This document shows positions 25,185-38,184 of a DNA stretch of 64,000 nucleotides, piece after piece. The notes beneath the pieces were generated by a model that was given only the letters and a program-made list of their open reading frames with translations, had not been told where the DNA came from and did no database searches. The DNA lies in the NCBI GenBank assembly GCA_010093815.1, contig ML996593.1; one strand, 5' to 3'. The position numbers and the translations under genes are program-made. Numbering within the stretch: position 1 is the stretch's first letter; each line of letters opens with the position of its first letter. Origin of the DNA: Pseudovirgaria hyperparasitica (taxonomy: Eukaryota).

Positions 25185-25510
25185 ACATCTTTTATTATTC
25201 TATATAACGCTAAAATTAATACCTAATAAGTTATTTCAATATAAAATAAAACAGGTCCAAAGACTCTCTTGCTTTTGATATCTTAAAAAAAATGAGAGAA
25301 GATATAATATACACTAATTATTCTAAGACGCATCTCTAGTATAATAGATCCCTCAGAGAAGTATACAAGAGATGAGTTAATTTTCCATTTTTATATCGTT
25401 TATTTTTTCTAAGATCTTTTCTTTATCCTGATAGGTACTATCTAGATACTAATATATATACGTATTTACTAATATCTTCTGGTGGTATATATTTAGACAT
25501 TAAGGATCTA
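25185..25510. repeat. AT-rich, probably RIP-affected relic
   Basis: Drop in GC with TA enrichment just downstream of the Moco sulfurase stop. Boundaries approximate. Confidence 0.4.
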
Positions 25511-25750
25511 CAAATTCCCCAAAAAGAGTGGGTGGTGCATGTGTGAGAGTGAAAAAGGTATGGATCGAAGAATTCACAAGGATGAACGTGGTCAGAGCTA
25601 AGATAGCTCTCAGAACACATCAGTCTCTGACTTGAAGAAATATGAGAATTATCTACATTGGCTGTAATATTGTCTTTTATACGTACGTAGTAGTAAATAT
25701 CGTGCGACAGGACTAAGTATATGGGGTACAATTCCTTCATTACAGTGACA

Positions 25751-28323
25751 TCAACCACCACCATTATATCTCATCAGCCGATGAGCTTCCAAAAGCCCCA
25801 TGTCGCCTATTTCCCCTTCAAGGAACGGTCTCACAGTCTCTCCTACTTTGACAGTGAAATTCTGGGCTATGGTGCTTTCTCCTAAAAGCATAGGCAGGTG
25901 ACAAGCGTGTTGCCCAAAGAATACTTTGCCATCAAATCTACGAGTCCTAGCGAGTGTAGCAAAAGGTTCTTCATTCTTTTCTCCAGTCTGTTGATCAATG
26001 CATATCATTTGACAACGCCGACATGATCCCAGGACCTGGAAGTATTGGCTTCCGACTTGCATGTAACGCCAGTGGTCTTCTGCATAAGGTTGTTCCAGGC
26101 CTGGTAACGTGCCGTAGTCCTCAGCAACTACAATATTGGCTCTGAACACCTCTGCTTGTGCAGCCTTACCGCCCGAAGCCTTAATGAGCTCATTCACCCG
26201 GTTAAGGCTAGATCGTGAGACTACGAGTATGGGGCTTTCATTGGACAGAAGGATTGGTCTCTTTGGATTTGATACCCCGTCATCGGGTGACGGTAAGACA
26301 TCAGGAAGCAATGCGTCGACAGACAACTGATGCTGCTGCAAATGAGCTTTCGAGAACCGTGACGCAGATGAACAGGATCCAGTTGGTGGGAGCCGAACTA
26401 GCTGGCAGGCTACTCCAAGAGCTTGAGTGAAGAAAGACGAGATTTCGCTCGATTCATAGTGTCTCATGTATATGGTATCCCCGCAGATCTTAGTGGATCG
26501 AAGTTTGGACCCATCAGCCTTCGCAAAGTAGCGTGGATCTGCTGACAGTGGGAGTATGACCTCACGTGGATCAAGTTCGGAGCAACTACCCACATAGCGC
26601 ACGCGAAGCAATCCCTCTGCGAGATCAATCTCTGGTCGGAGGAGAGCCATCTTTGGATATTTCTTCTGGCTGAGACTTGTAGCAGTGCCAGAGTGGACCA
26701 AGCACCATTCACGATCCCACGCAAGACCTTCAGCCCGGACTGGCCACGATGTGCCAGTAACGCTCCAGCCTGCACAACTCTTGATGGGATATACCATGAT
26801 ACTCTCCACAAAGTAGTTGCCATGTGCTGGCCGGGCCAAGATATGTTGCTTCTTTGTCAGAGTGGTTGGACTGGGTTCAACAAAGAACTCGTGCATAAAT
26901 CTAGTGAATCGTGACACATCCTCCATACTGCTCATTGCACCTAAGCTTAGTCTAATCATACCTGTTGGCTTTCCAAGCATGATATCATTTTCATTTCCGC
27001 ATCTCTGTCCGGCTGAGAAGTTCTGTTTCAGCTCCCAGGAAGCGAGACCAAGAGACGAAGATATGCCGCCAGGATTACATAGCCCACCTGTACGGACGTC
27101 AATCTTCTTGATCGCCGCTAGCTTTTCGAACTCATGGTTGCTTATCCACGCGCCTTGTGCATTGCGTATGTTGAACGATACGACTGGTCCTTGTGAAATT
27201 TTGTCATCATAGGATGAAGAAGGGTCTTTGTATATTTCACAGACAGGCTGTCCAGTTCCGTGCCGTAAACTTGATAGATTGTGATACAGTTGCTTAGCCA
27301 GAGCAAGCGTATGTTTGGACACCATCTCCAGCGACCCGAATAGCTCCTTATGCATTTGAAGTGCAAATTTCAAGGCAATGATGCTGTGAATCGGTAGGGT
27401 CCCATCTTCAAGTCGATCATGTAAAGTTTCAGACTTCCTAGAATGCCATTCGTCTCTCGAGCAGACTACCAGATCCACGGTGCCTCCACCGAAATACTGG
27501 CGATTGTCAAAGATGTTCGCCGCGTCTTTACGGACAACGATTGCCCCGAGATCAGGAAAGCCAAATATCTTGCAAAGGCTTATAATTGTGAAATCAGGGG
27601 CTGATTTTGCGCTGCCAAGATCTAACGGCGAAGTTGATACAAGAGCGGCTGCGTCCAGCAGTGAGTACGTCCTTGGCTGACCAGGCTCTGATCTGTATCT
27701 GGCTTCTTCAGACCACCTTAGCGGTAGCCTCCGACCATTCATGTTGGACTGCCCGGGATATGCAAAAAGTGTATTTCGGCAGGGTAACGATGATAGCTCT
27801 TGCTGTTGGACTAACCATGACTCTGTCTCCGTATCAGACTCCAAACATCGGGACTCTATAGCACATTCTCGGACTCCTACGAGGCTTGTATGACAGTCCC
27901 GGTGGTATATATAGCGGAATCCCAACGGACAGCCCCGAAAAGCTTCTGTTACGAGTTTGATGCCCGCTGTAGCATTGGCCACAAAGACAATATCGAAGTC
28001 CCCGGGGTCGGCATTGAATAGGCTTAATAGTTCTGAACGTGCGTCCTCGATGCGCCTCATGGATCGTTGTGAGGAATCGGAAGCGGAATGGGGGTTTCCA
28101 TATAGATTAGACATCATGTCGGCGGAGAAACGCTCGATCAAAGATTTCGGATAGAGCGTTGTACCCGCATGATCAAGGTAGGTGGTTTCTAGTTAGCGGT
28201 CAGTGTGATGGCAGCCATCCTCTTCTATAGCCTGTACAAACGTTTCAACATAGGATATTCGGAGTCTCTCAAATCCTCAACGGCGGCATTGTAGCCAGAG
28301 ACAGAGACCGAACCTGTAGCCAT
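25751..28323 (-). CDS. hxB: Molybdenum cofactor sulfurase (NifS-like PLP domain + MOSC domain), 2 exons
   Basis: MATG...EYPMLK, intron, then TTYLDHAGTTLY. PLP Lys in SLCKIFGFPDLG, catalytic RTGGLCNPGG, MOSC motifs VYPIKSCAG, FRANIVV and CRRCQMICIDQ. Confidence 0.95.
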
Positions 28324-29084
28324 AGCTCATGCACTCCTCGTGATACAGCGCTAATTTTATTCTTGAGCCTCCTGTATAGCAATTCAGAGCTTATGTTCCG
28401 AGCACTGATCGTTGTTGTGTTCGTCGGTAGCGGGCAAGCGGATCTTCTTTATGGGTAGAGGTTGTAAAGGTCTCAGTGACGAGAGGGGTCGTTTACTTTT
28501 CACTAATGCTATCCGCAACCCTTCTGCGTCTGCTGTAGAGGGACTGCGTCGTCCATAAGTGGCGATGCGGTGGATAAGTAGACTCTGCGACCGACAGGAA
28601 TGGGGAGACTTTCTGGGATGCACGGTCGGCTCCGATATCCGGGATCACCGGTGTCCCTTCACAAAGTTATTAAGAGGTTGCAGCTGTAGAGGCTGAATCT
28701 CTATAGAAATTGAAGGGAGCGCAACGAAGCCCATTAGCAGCGACAGCCGTAGGGTCTGTGTTGGTCGATAGTAATACTCCCACGCCATCGTGCGGCCGTT
28801 TCATCACCTGCAGGCTTCCTCCCATCGAGGATTGAGGGTGGGGTCGCCACGTGCTGAGGACCCCTGCCCTCCTTAGAGCGTACGAACATAACCCAACTTG
28901 CCACGTATCAATGGTGGAAGTCGTGTGAAAGAACAAATTTGAGGAAATTGGTCTACGCACACACGACGTAATATATCAAAATTCCCGACACCGTGATCCT
29001 GTCCATTCGGGAGTGGCTACCCCCTCTCGTCTAAACATATGTGCCTCGTTTACAATGCAATTCCAACATCCCTTGATTGAGTCC

Positions 29085-29743
29085 TCACTGCTTCTTCTTC
29101 CCACCTGCAGATTTTGAATCCCTCTTCTCGGCAGATATGCGATCCATCTCAGCGATCTCGGCCTCTTCTTTTTTCTGCGCATACCATTGTCCGGCTTGCA
29201 AGACCAGCACGCCAACCAAGACCAGAGCGACAATTGTATTGCTAGCCGAGATAACCCGAAGGCTATCCTCACGGCCTACGTAGTCTACATTTTCCTCAAC
29301 AGTGCCATCTTCGTTTCCATAGATGCCAGCGGTGACGACGCGCAGGCCTTTGATAATGTTCGCAATGTACACGGCAATACCGCACATGTAGAGAACCAAG
29401 GAGGCACCATCGAACAAGACGTTGGCTTCGGTGGGCTTATAGAGCTTGGTGAGGAAACCAAGCAGCCCGGTCGCAATGACAATGTGAAGGATCCGCGAGA
29501 TCAAAGGTGGTGAGGCGTACAGGAATTTTAGATGCTCTTCAAGCTTTGCAAAGTACGGTTCCGGTTCCGTTGGATTGGCCCACAACACATTGTAATCGTA
29601 CGGGAAGGCTGCAAATAGTATTCCAAGAAAGAAACATGTCGCTGTTGATATTAGCACATCGAATCTATCGCACGCAAGCAGAGCCTTGTCGCAAACTCAC
29701 GGCCAATGATCAGAAACGTCGCAAAAGAGTTCGTCTTGGTCAT
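29085..29743 (-). CDS. SHR3: ER membrane chaperone for amino-acid permeases, Shr3 family, 2 exons
   Basis: MTKTNSFATFLIIG, intron GTGAGT..GCTAAT..CAG, then PTCFFLGILFAAFPYDY. Motifs KLYKPTEANVLFDGASL and ASNTI..LVLVGVLVLQAGQWYA; four TM segments; basic tail. Confidence 0.9.
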
Positions 29744-29959
29744 TTTCGGAAGGAGCAAAAACTTGTTCTCGGTAATGTTGATGGGATAGAATTCGGGAAC
29801 GCAAAGGTAGGCTGGGAGAGCCGTACTGCAAGTCTACGACACGATGGGGACCCGGTGCAGGTGCAAGTGATGATGAGATGCAAGATAGAATCCGTCTGCA
29901 ACTTTTCCAGCGCAACTCTTGGCACTTCCCACGCGCGTCCACCGACCACCTGTACGTCT

Positions 29960-30240
29960 TATCTAAAATATAGATGATTATACTTCTACATAGCTATATA
30001 CTATATATATTATCAGAAGAGAGAAAACAATAGAGAGTAGTTAGAGAGTAGAGTTAAAATAAAGACTGTTTATAATATTTATTATAATTCAAAGAGTATT
30101 TTTAAAAGACTAATAAGAGTAGTAAAGTATTACATAGCATCTATTAAAGAGATATATATAAAATTCTTTGGAGATAAGAGTCTATAAAAGACATTAATCA
30201 AATGCATAAGGAGTGCTTAGACTTATATTGAAAAATAATT
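29960..30240. repeat. AT/TpA-rich RIP-like repeat relic
   Basis: Sharp low-GC island with tata/taga/ctat runs and no ORF of note. Confidence 0.55.
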
Positions 30241-30988
30241 ATGAACGGATAAAACGTGCACTTGTCTTGGCGGCGAAGAGCATCGCCGCAGCCAACCCTG
30301 TATACACTACATCTTCGACCTCCGTGCTAGACTTCGCGGCCTTATCACCTCAACATCCCTCTATCGTCTATGTTTTTTGCGTCTCCACGCAATGTCGACG
30401 TATTCGACCAGAGCATATCTACCTCGGCCTACCTGAGGGGTCAAGACATGTACGTAGAAGCGGCTACTGCAGGCATCAAATTACAGACGCAGAGGCGAAC
30501 GCTAAGCCAATATCGCCGTTGCTTCTTTCTCCGCATTTTCTAGGGATGCCGACATCAGATCCATAATTGGCTACGCGTAAGGCTTTATTATGCCTGTATG
30601 CTGCAGTCATCGCTCATGTCGATGTCTCGACTCAGAGCTCTCTGGATCCGATGACCACCGGACTAGCCTCGCCGCATATTGATGAGCAGCCTCCAGAATT
30701 CTCCTTGGTGCCTTTTCTACTCCCATAATCGACACTATTTGATTGAAACACCTAAGTGTTGCACTCTCTCACTTCTACCGCCTGCAATTCCTTTTAGGGC
30801 CAACTACTCTCAGCCTCTCTCTCATTGGTGCGATATTTCGTTAGGAGTTATAATGGCCATATGGGTAACATCGAGGTTACTGCAATCAAGTAGTTGGATT
30901 TTGCACAGGTTGTTCACTATTCATTTGCAGATACCAAGGATATTTGTAGACGGGAGCATGTCTGCCATCAATTTGAATACAGAATCAG

Positions 30989-30995
30989 TATAAAA
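30989..30995 (+). promoter_or_regulatory. TATA box of pectate lyase gene
   Basis: TATAAAA about 100 nt upstream of the ATG at 31091, followed by a pyrimidine-rich leader. Confidence 0.5.
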
Positions 30996-31090
30996 ACGTC
31001 AAAGCATCGGACTTTGTTGGTGCTATCCATCACACTGCAATACTCCAACTTCTACTTCGAATCCTTTCATCGTCTCCACCACTTTTCAAT

Positions 31091-32249
31091 ATGAAACTTC
31101 TGTCTGTTCTAGCTGTTTCCGCTCTGGCCGGCCTGTCAGTGGCTGCGCCGACAAGAGTTGAGGAAGAGAAGCGTGTGGTCTTGGACAAACGTGCCGCTGT
31201 CACTGAGACTGCCACCGTCGGTTATGCCACTCTAAACGGAGGGTAAGACCTTATACATAATCATGAGGTATTGAAGAGGGTGTTGACTGATAATCACTTG
31301 CAGCACAAGTGGGGGCAAAGGTGGACCGACTACTACTGTGAGCACATTAGCTCAATTCACTGCTGCCGTCGCCGATGATACTGCTCGTATCGTTGTTGTA
31401 AGTGGCACAATTTCTGGCACTGCGGGCCAGACGAAGATCGGCTCCAACAAGACTGTTATCGGCAAGGACAAGAACGCAAGTATGTTATAATGAGGTCTGT
31501 AGAAGACGTGAGAAGTTCAAGCGCTGATACACGACCAGAGTTGATCGGTAACGGCGTCTTGGTTAAGGGGAAAAAGAATGTAATTATTCGTAACCTGACC
31601 ATCCAAAAGGTTTTGGCTGCAAATGGAGACGCCCTTGGCATCCAAACATCTCAGAACGTCTGGATTGATCACGTCGATCTCTCTTCGGACAGAGATCACG
31701 ACAAGGACTACTACGATGGTCTTTTGGATATCACCCACGGTGTTGACTACGTCACTGTTACGAACAGGTATGCGTCCACCACTGAAGTTGAAATCATTCA
31801 TGCTCAAGCTAAGCCGTTTCAGTTACATTCATGACCACTGGAAAGCTTCTCTCGTCGGCCACAGTGATAGTAACTCGGCGGAAGACAAGGGACACTTGAC
31901 GGTGACCTATGCAAACAACTATTGGAAAAACCTAAACTCACGCGGGCCTTCATTCCGTTTTGGTACTGGCCACATCTTCAACAATTTCTATGAGACCGTC
32001 AGCGATGTCATCAACACTCGCCAGGGCGCTCAGCTGCTCGTCGAGTCCAATGTATTCACTGGGTCCAAGAAACCTCTGTACTCGACTGACGCTGGGTTTG
32101 CCGTGTCGAAAGATAACGACTTTGGTGGGGAGTCCAATACAGCACTGGCTGGGACGCTCAATACCGTGCCATATACATACAAGACTCTCGGGTCTGCCAA
32201 TGTCAAAGCCGCTGTTGTTGGAACTGCCGGTGCGACTCTCAAATTCTGA
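31091..32249 (+). CDS. Secreted pectate lyase, polysaccharide lyase family 1 (PlyA-like), 4 exons
   Basis: Signal peptide MKLLSVLAVSALAGLSVA and KR propeptide. Motifs GYATLNGG, SNKTVIG, NVIIRNL, VWIDH, DKDYYDGLLDI, HWKASLVG and RGPSFRFG. Three GT-AG introns. Confidence 0.95.
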
Positions 32250-34207
32250 ACAGGTCGGTACCTCGAACGAGGAATTGTCGGCCGTGTGTAGATATCTCCT
32301 TTAGCAAAACCACCTTTTCTTACTTTCTCTTTGAATACATGTCTAGCACATATTGAACATCAGAGGCTTGTCGATAGTGGAGATAGGTTTCTGTATATAA
32401 GCAAATATTGTAGCTCTGAGCTACGTCCTTCTTGCAGAGATATGGTCCCATAGTGGCAGGGAGCTCCAGCGGTGCTACGAAAGTCGCACGAAAGGACCAC
32501 AGTAGCAGTGATAGCCACAGCGTGTTATGAGCAACAAGGTCGGTAGATTACCCATAGCCCTAGCATCGTAGCTGCACATCTGAGAACTTGAAGTCATGCA
32601 ACAAAGACTCCCTAGTAGTGTTCAATGCTACCACCGTAAAATCACATGACTTACCACTTTGGTACACCGTCATAGTGTGTTAATGGTAGTGAGTCTCATT
32701 CATGCAGACTGATTTTATAATCACAGAATAAAACGACCGTAACTCTCGATAGTTTCAAGAAGTTGCTAGAATGTATGTCTGGATTAGTTGTGCAGATTCG
32801 TCCAAGTATCGGTAGGCTGTTGTTTCAGAAGACTTCGGACGAAGAAAGTAGTGCAAGGACGAAGCGGGATGTATGTTTCCGAGTTGCCGCATATTGCAGT
32901 GACTGTGGTACCGTAATTAGAAGCTGGAAGGAGACATGTTTCGAATCTTAGTTCGCTGGGAGAAGCAGGTGTAGAATGAAAGAGCTTCAGCTGATTGAGC
33001 AATGCACTAGCAGTGATGACGCTGACCTTATCTGTCCCTCACACCGAGTGGTTTCGTTTGACCATTGGTATGTGTGACATTTGGAGTCAACACAGCTGAG
33101 CATGCGAATCTTCGAGTGACGTGAGGGAATCGGCCAACACTGAGTCTATTGGTGAGTATCTGGTGGTTGGCGAGGAGGTCTCGCATCCACGAGTACAGGA
33201 AATGGAAATGATAGTAGTAATTGTTAAACTGGCTGTTCGTGTGACTCCATCGCTGAATGAGTACGAGGGAAGCTACAGAAACTGCACAACTCCAGTACCT
33301 GTGTATTGCCGTTGACTGAGTGTGAATGAAACTCTCTCGCTTGGTTCTGGCCAAGCTGATGTTCCAAGTGTGGAGCAACCGCGAACTTCCACCTATGGAT
33401 GTGCGACTTTAAGCTCTAAGCAGAATTGTTGAATACAGAAGGCAATTGGACGCATACAAGTTGGACATATCCCTCGTTATTTCCATGACATGACGCAAAT
33501 CACGTTCAGGGGTCGGTCGTCTCGGCATACAGCTTAAAGGAAAGCCAAAACAGGTTATCTCCCAGCTTGGGATATCTTTACATAACAAGATTAACGACGA
33601 AGCAAGCGAACAGCCCAAAGCAGGATAGTCCTTATGGCGTAAACCCACATGGAGCGGAGACGGGGATCCGGGGTTCGGTATAGCGTGAGGTCCGAACCAA
33701 TTAAAGAGCCTAGAGCGAGTCAGAAATGACGGAGAGTTCTCAAAAGACGCTTCTGCGTGACGCTAGACAGAACCGACTCAAGGTGTACATAGTAAGCTTG
33801 GTCCTGCTTAGGAATGATGGCTGGGGTTAGGTAAATGCGCTTCACAGATGGATCAGGTACACCATAACAGTACGGATCTAATTTGTATAGCGCGTGGAGC
33901 CGAGATTGCGAGGTGCGTTTGCTGTCGGTGTCGTTGACGTCCTTGACCTGCAAGCACGGGGTTTCAATTGTAGTCTAAGTCTGGCTTGAGGATGCATCGC
34001 ATTACGTTCCTCTCAGACCTCACAGTCCGACCTTAAACTTGTACATGGGCATCAAGGCACATGAGCACATGGGAAGTGACGGATAGACACCCCGCATTAT
34101 TACATGTCTGTCCCCAGTCCTGTGCGCTGGTACGGACCAGGGATTTTTGCCGCGACCCCATCTGTGCACCACAGCCGCTCAAGCCACCTTACGGCCCCAA
34201 GGGTTCA

Positions 34208-34664
34208 ATCCGTTTGTCCATAGTTACATGAGAAAGCTTGGCAGTCGGTGTACACATGTCGCGCGCGCACACGAACCGTAGTATGTATAATATTTTTACC
34301 TATTACCGCCGAATTATCCCTCTATAATTATAAATACTACTATATACTAATTTTATATAACCCTAAGAATATATTAATACTCTTTTTATTACTTTATACT
34401 ATCTATAATACCTCTAAAACTATAGAAAAAGAGTAAAGAGAGTAGATTCTATAGAGAGATACTTAGGTCTAGAATATTAAAGATCTTTAGTACTATATAT
34501 TAGTTATACTAGCTTTCTTCTATTATATATTATAGTTTTATATATTATAAAAGGATAATACGGCGGTAAGAGGTAAAAATATCGTTTATACTACGGTTCG
34601 TGTGCGCGCGAGACATGTGTGCACCGGCTGCCAAGCTTTCTCATGTAACTATGGATAAACGGAT
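34208..34664. mobile_element. MITE-like non-autonomous element, family X copy 1 (about 100-bp TIRs, AT-rich core)
   Basis: Left atccgtttgtccatagttacatgagaaagcttggcagtcggtgtacacatgtc...attaccgccg is mirrored by right cggcggtaa...gacatgtgtgcaccggctgccaagctttctcatgtaactatggataaacggat. Confidence 0.88.
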
Positions 34665-35610
34665 AGCCTTGCTGGAGTTTTGAACGTCCATCCGGTCGCC
34701 GACTCTTGCGATTTGCCTCAACGTCGACTCATTCTACATAGTGACTTTGAATTCCGCCCAGCTCCGAATAACTGCTACTAACGTTGATTCGGTACCATTT
34801 TTTCTCTCACACAGGATAGTCCTAAGCAATACGCTGTGCTTCTTCCCATTCTACGATCCTCGATTCTCGCAACTTCGAAATCGCCGCGAACATTATAGGC
34901 AGCCAGTACTGAGCCGCATGAAGCACATGGCAACGACGTTTGTGCCGCCTTGCCTTAGATCCGGAAAGTTTCGAACGTAACCATGTTCCTTTGAGGTAAG
35001 CTCGTCTTTGACCTGACTGTTATTGTATGCTTACAGCCGCCACATGGCAAGGATACCCGTAGGAATCCTCGCGCTATGCCCACTTCATGCTTCCCCATAT
35101 CATGATGCGCCGCCGGGGTACCACTGTAGCTTTTCTATCAACGGCACGGTACGGTAGTGTATTGAATTCGTATGATTCGATGCAGTAAATCCTGTACCAT
35201 TCTAGTTCTGGCTAATTTCCAGGGAACATCTATCACATGAACACAGGCGTTGCCCTTTCCAGAGAATGTTTATGCTCTCTCAATTTCCACGTTTGCCACA
35301 CCAGTAAGACTATACGCCCTAGATCTCATGTCCAATCAAACTTAGCTTCTAGTCGTTCATTTCACTCACACTTCTCCAGCATCACTACTGCATGTGCTTG
35401 ATGCATCAGCGCTAGCCTCCCGCTCGGTCTGTTGTGACTTGGCATTTGCATATGTCAGCCCCCTACACGTGTGAGTTAATATCATGATTCGACTTAAGAA
35501 GGCACAGTGTTCCTGTCTGCTCTTGTCTCCTATCCACCATCAAATCCTCACCTGTCTTCTGTACTGTTTCAGTGTCCACCGCGACCCTCACACATTCGCT
35601 TCCAGTCAAA

Positions 35611-37017
35611 ATGAAGTTCTCAGCTATCCTCTTCGCCGGCGCTGCCGCTGCTGCTACTATGGTCGAGCGTCAAGGTTCGGGTGTTGACACTGTCCTCGCC
35701 GCCATCTCTTCCATCTCTTCCGCTACCACTGCTTTGAATAACGGGATCACCTCCTTCTCAGGCGCTGGTGATGCCCAGACTTCCTATCAATCAGTTCAGT
35801 TCAATTTTGGGCCTCTAGTTGAATTGAACTGAAGTACTTCAACTCTTACCATTATAGAATTGAACTGGACTGTTAATCCTAGTAGTAGAATTGAAGTTGA
35901 ACTGGACTGGACTGAAGTATATTAGTAAGATTAGCTAAAAGTCTTAAAGATGGATAAAATTTAGTATTTTAAGGCTATATATCTATATTACCTATATAGT
36001 AATTCTTAATATGAGTGAATAATAAGCTTAAGAGAGACTATATTCATATTATTAATATATAGCTATTAGTATAGAGACTTTATGTGGTTTTATACATGAG
36101 AGAGTGATGATAAGTCGCGTGAAAGTCACGTGACCTATCACATGATAGCTTACCTAATGTACTCGAGAAAGTCACATGACACATCACGTGACATATCACG
36201 TGACATTCTCATAATGAATCTCGTCGAATCACCTAACCTTAAGAGGATATCTACCAATATACCTATCTATATATAACTTCAGTTCAACTCAACTATTAGC
36301 AACTCAATCCTACCCTAGAATTGAATTGAACTGAAGATCCAACCCTTGGCAAGAGGCCTCAGTTGAACTGGACTAAGTCAATTCTGGAGAGGCAGAATTG
36401 AAGTTGGACTGATTGATAGGAACTCTGGTGATGCCGACTCTCTTGAGGCTGCTTCCAAAGCTGTTATCGATGCTATCAACACTGGCAACACCAATGTCGG
36501 TCCCATTGGTCAGCTTGAACTCACCGACGCACTCCAGCTCCAGGACCCAACCAAGGCACTCGGTGAGCTCGTAACTCAAACCGTTAACAACGCCATTTCC
36601 AAGAAGGATGCATTCACATCTGCTGGTGTCGCTGGAACTGTTCTCGAGCAACTTCAACAACAGCAAAGCGCCGCCAACACCTTCTCTACCACCGTTGTCG
36701 GCAAAGTTCCAGAGGCCGCTCAGAGCATTGCTCAGGGACTTGTCCAGCCCATCACTGACGCGCTCCAGAAGGGCGTGGATGCTTTCCAGGGCTCCAGCAA
36801 CGGCCCAGGCCAGGGTTCTCCATCCAGCTCTGAGGGTGGCTCAGAGCCAACTGCTGTTCCGACCGGCTCCGCTCCCGTCACCACCCCAGCTCCTACCTCT
36901 GCCGGTCCCACCCCCCCGTCTACTCCACCACCATTCACCGGCGCTGCCATGCCAACCGCTGCTGCTGGCTACGGTGTTGCCGCTGCTGTGGCTCTCGTTG
37001 CCGCTGCTGCTTTGTGA
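35611..37017 (+). pseudogene. HsbA/Mp1-like secreted GPI cell-wall protein gene interrupted by a transposon insertion
   Basis: Codons 35611-35775 plus 36436-37017 join in frame into 248 aa: signal peptide, helical HsbA-like domain (NAISKKDAFTSAGVAGTVLEQL...VGKVPE...KGVDAF), S/T/P linker, and GPI-type tail FTGAA...AAAVALVAAAAL. With the insert present, translation stops at 35832. Confidence 0.85.
35776..36427. mobile_element. 652-bp non-autonomous hAT-like DNA transposon with 8-bp TSD
   Basis: TIRs CAGACTTCCTATCAATCAGT and ACTGATTGATAGGAACTCTG. Perfect TSD GTGATGCC at 35768-35775 and 36428-36435. Subterminal GAATTGAACTG repeats and internal TCACGTGAC/TCACATGA repeats. Confidence 0.93.
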
Positions 37018-38184
37018 GTGGTTCGTATTCCCGATCAAGTTCAATAAGACCTGTGGGCATAGAAATTCCGGACGGTCTGGGGTATGAAAAGAAGGATTGC
37101 GGCGTCGAGTAGCTACAATGTATCATAACAAGACGCTTCTAGCTATCGAGGATAATAATTTAATTGTTTGGTGGAGAATATGCATAGTGCTATAGTGATA
37201 TAAGTCCTACATCTTTGTTCACATACGATCCGTCAAAGGATATAATTTGCTCACGAACAGGCCCCCTTTCGGCAGCTGCGGATCAATATCCAGGGCTTTG
37301 ATTCTTCAAGTATGCCAAGTAAGACCTTGAAATCTGCGTTTGGAGCAAGTAACATTCTAAAACACCAGCAAGTAGGACAAGCGCGGCTCACGCACCGTCT
37401 TGCTAAGCATTTTCGGCATTGAATCCTGGAGAACCTTGGCGTCAATAGGAAAGCCACCAACACTGGCTTCATTCCTTTGTCGCCAACACTTTTCCCGTTC
37501 AGTCATTCTCCCAATACCAGAGCCGTACCATTTCATGATTCGTAGTTAAATTTGGTCTGTTGCGAGCCGAGGACTTAAAGCTGTCATCAACGCCATAATG
37601 GTCTTGCAGTTTCGTATACATTAAGTACATGTCGACGTAGCAGTTATGTCAGACTTGCACTGTGTCAATAGAGCCGCTATGCCACGCCATGAACTCCGCC
37701 ATGGGCAGCGAGGCCTGTTTGTCCACGAGTACCGGATTCACCACTATAATGTAGGTACCTCCGTATAGAGGCGGTACGCCCGCCGATACAGCGGTAAACT
37801 CAGACCGCATAATTCATGAGGATGGGCGATTAGGGTTATTCTGCAGGCACACCCAACTGTACCACCTAATTTTTATCTGTCAATAACGTGTTGCAATGAT
37901 TTAGACCTACAGTGTTTAATGCTAGTCATTGTGATGGATCCTCAGTGCAAAAGGAACGACGAATAGATTTGATCTGTAAAGAAACGAATTATTTCGTATA
38001 ATACTTTGCTTCAGATGTAAAACTCTGTTTCTTGACGATACCGAGTGTGATGAGGAACATACATATTTGATATGTGTTGTTGGGAAGAAACCAACAGAAA
38101 TTGTAGTCTTTGAAAACTGACTACTGTGCAATCAATGGTCAGTCATCGAGCCCCTTCCACACCGCAGAAAAACGCTTGAGATAT

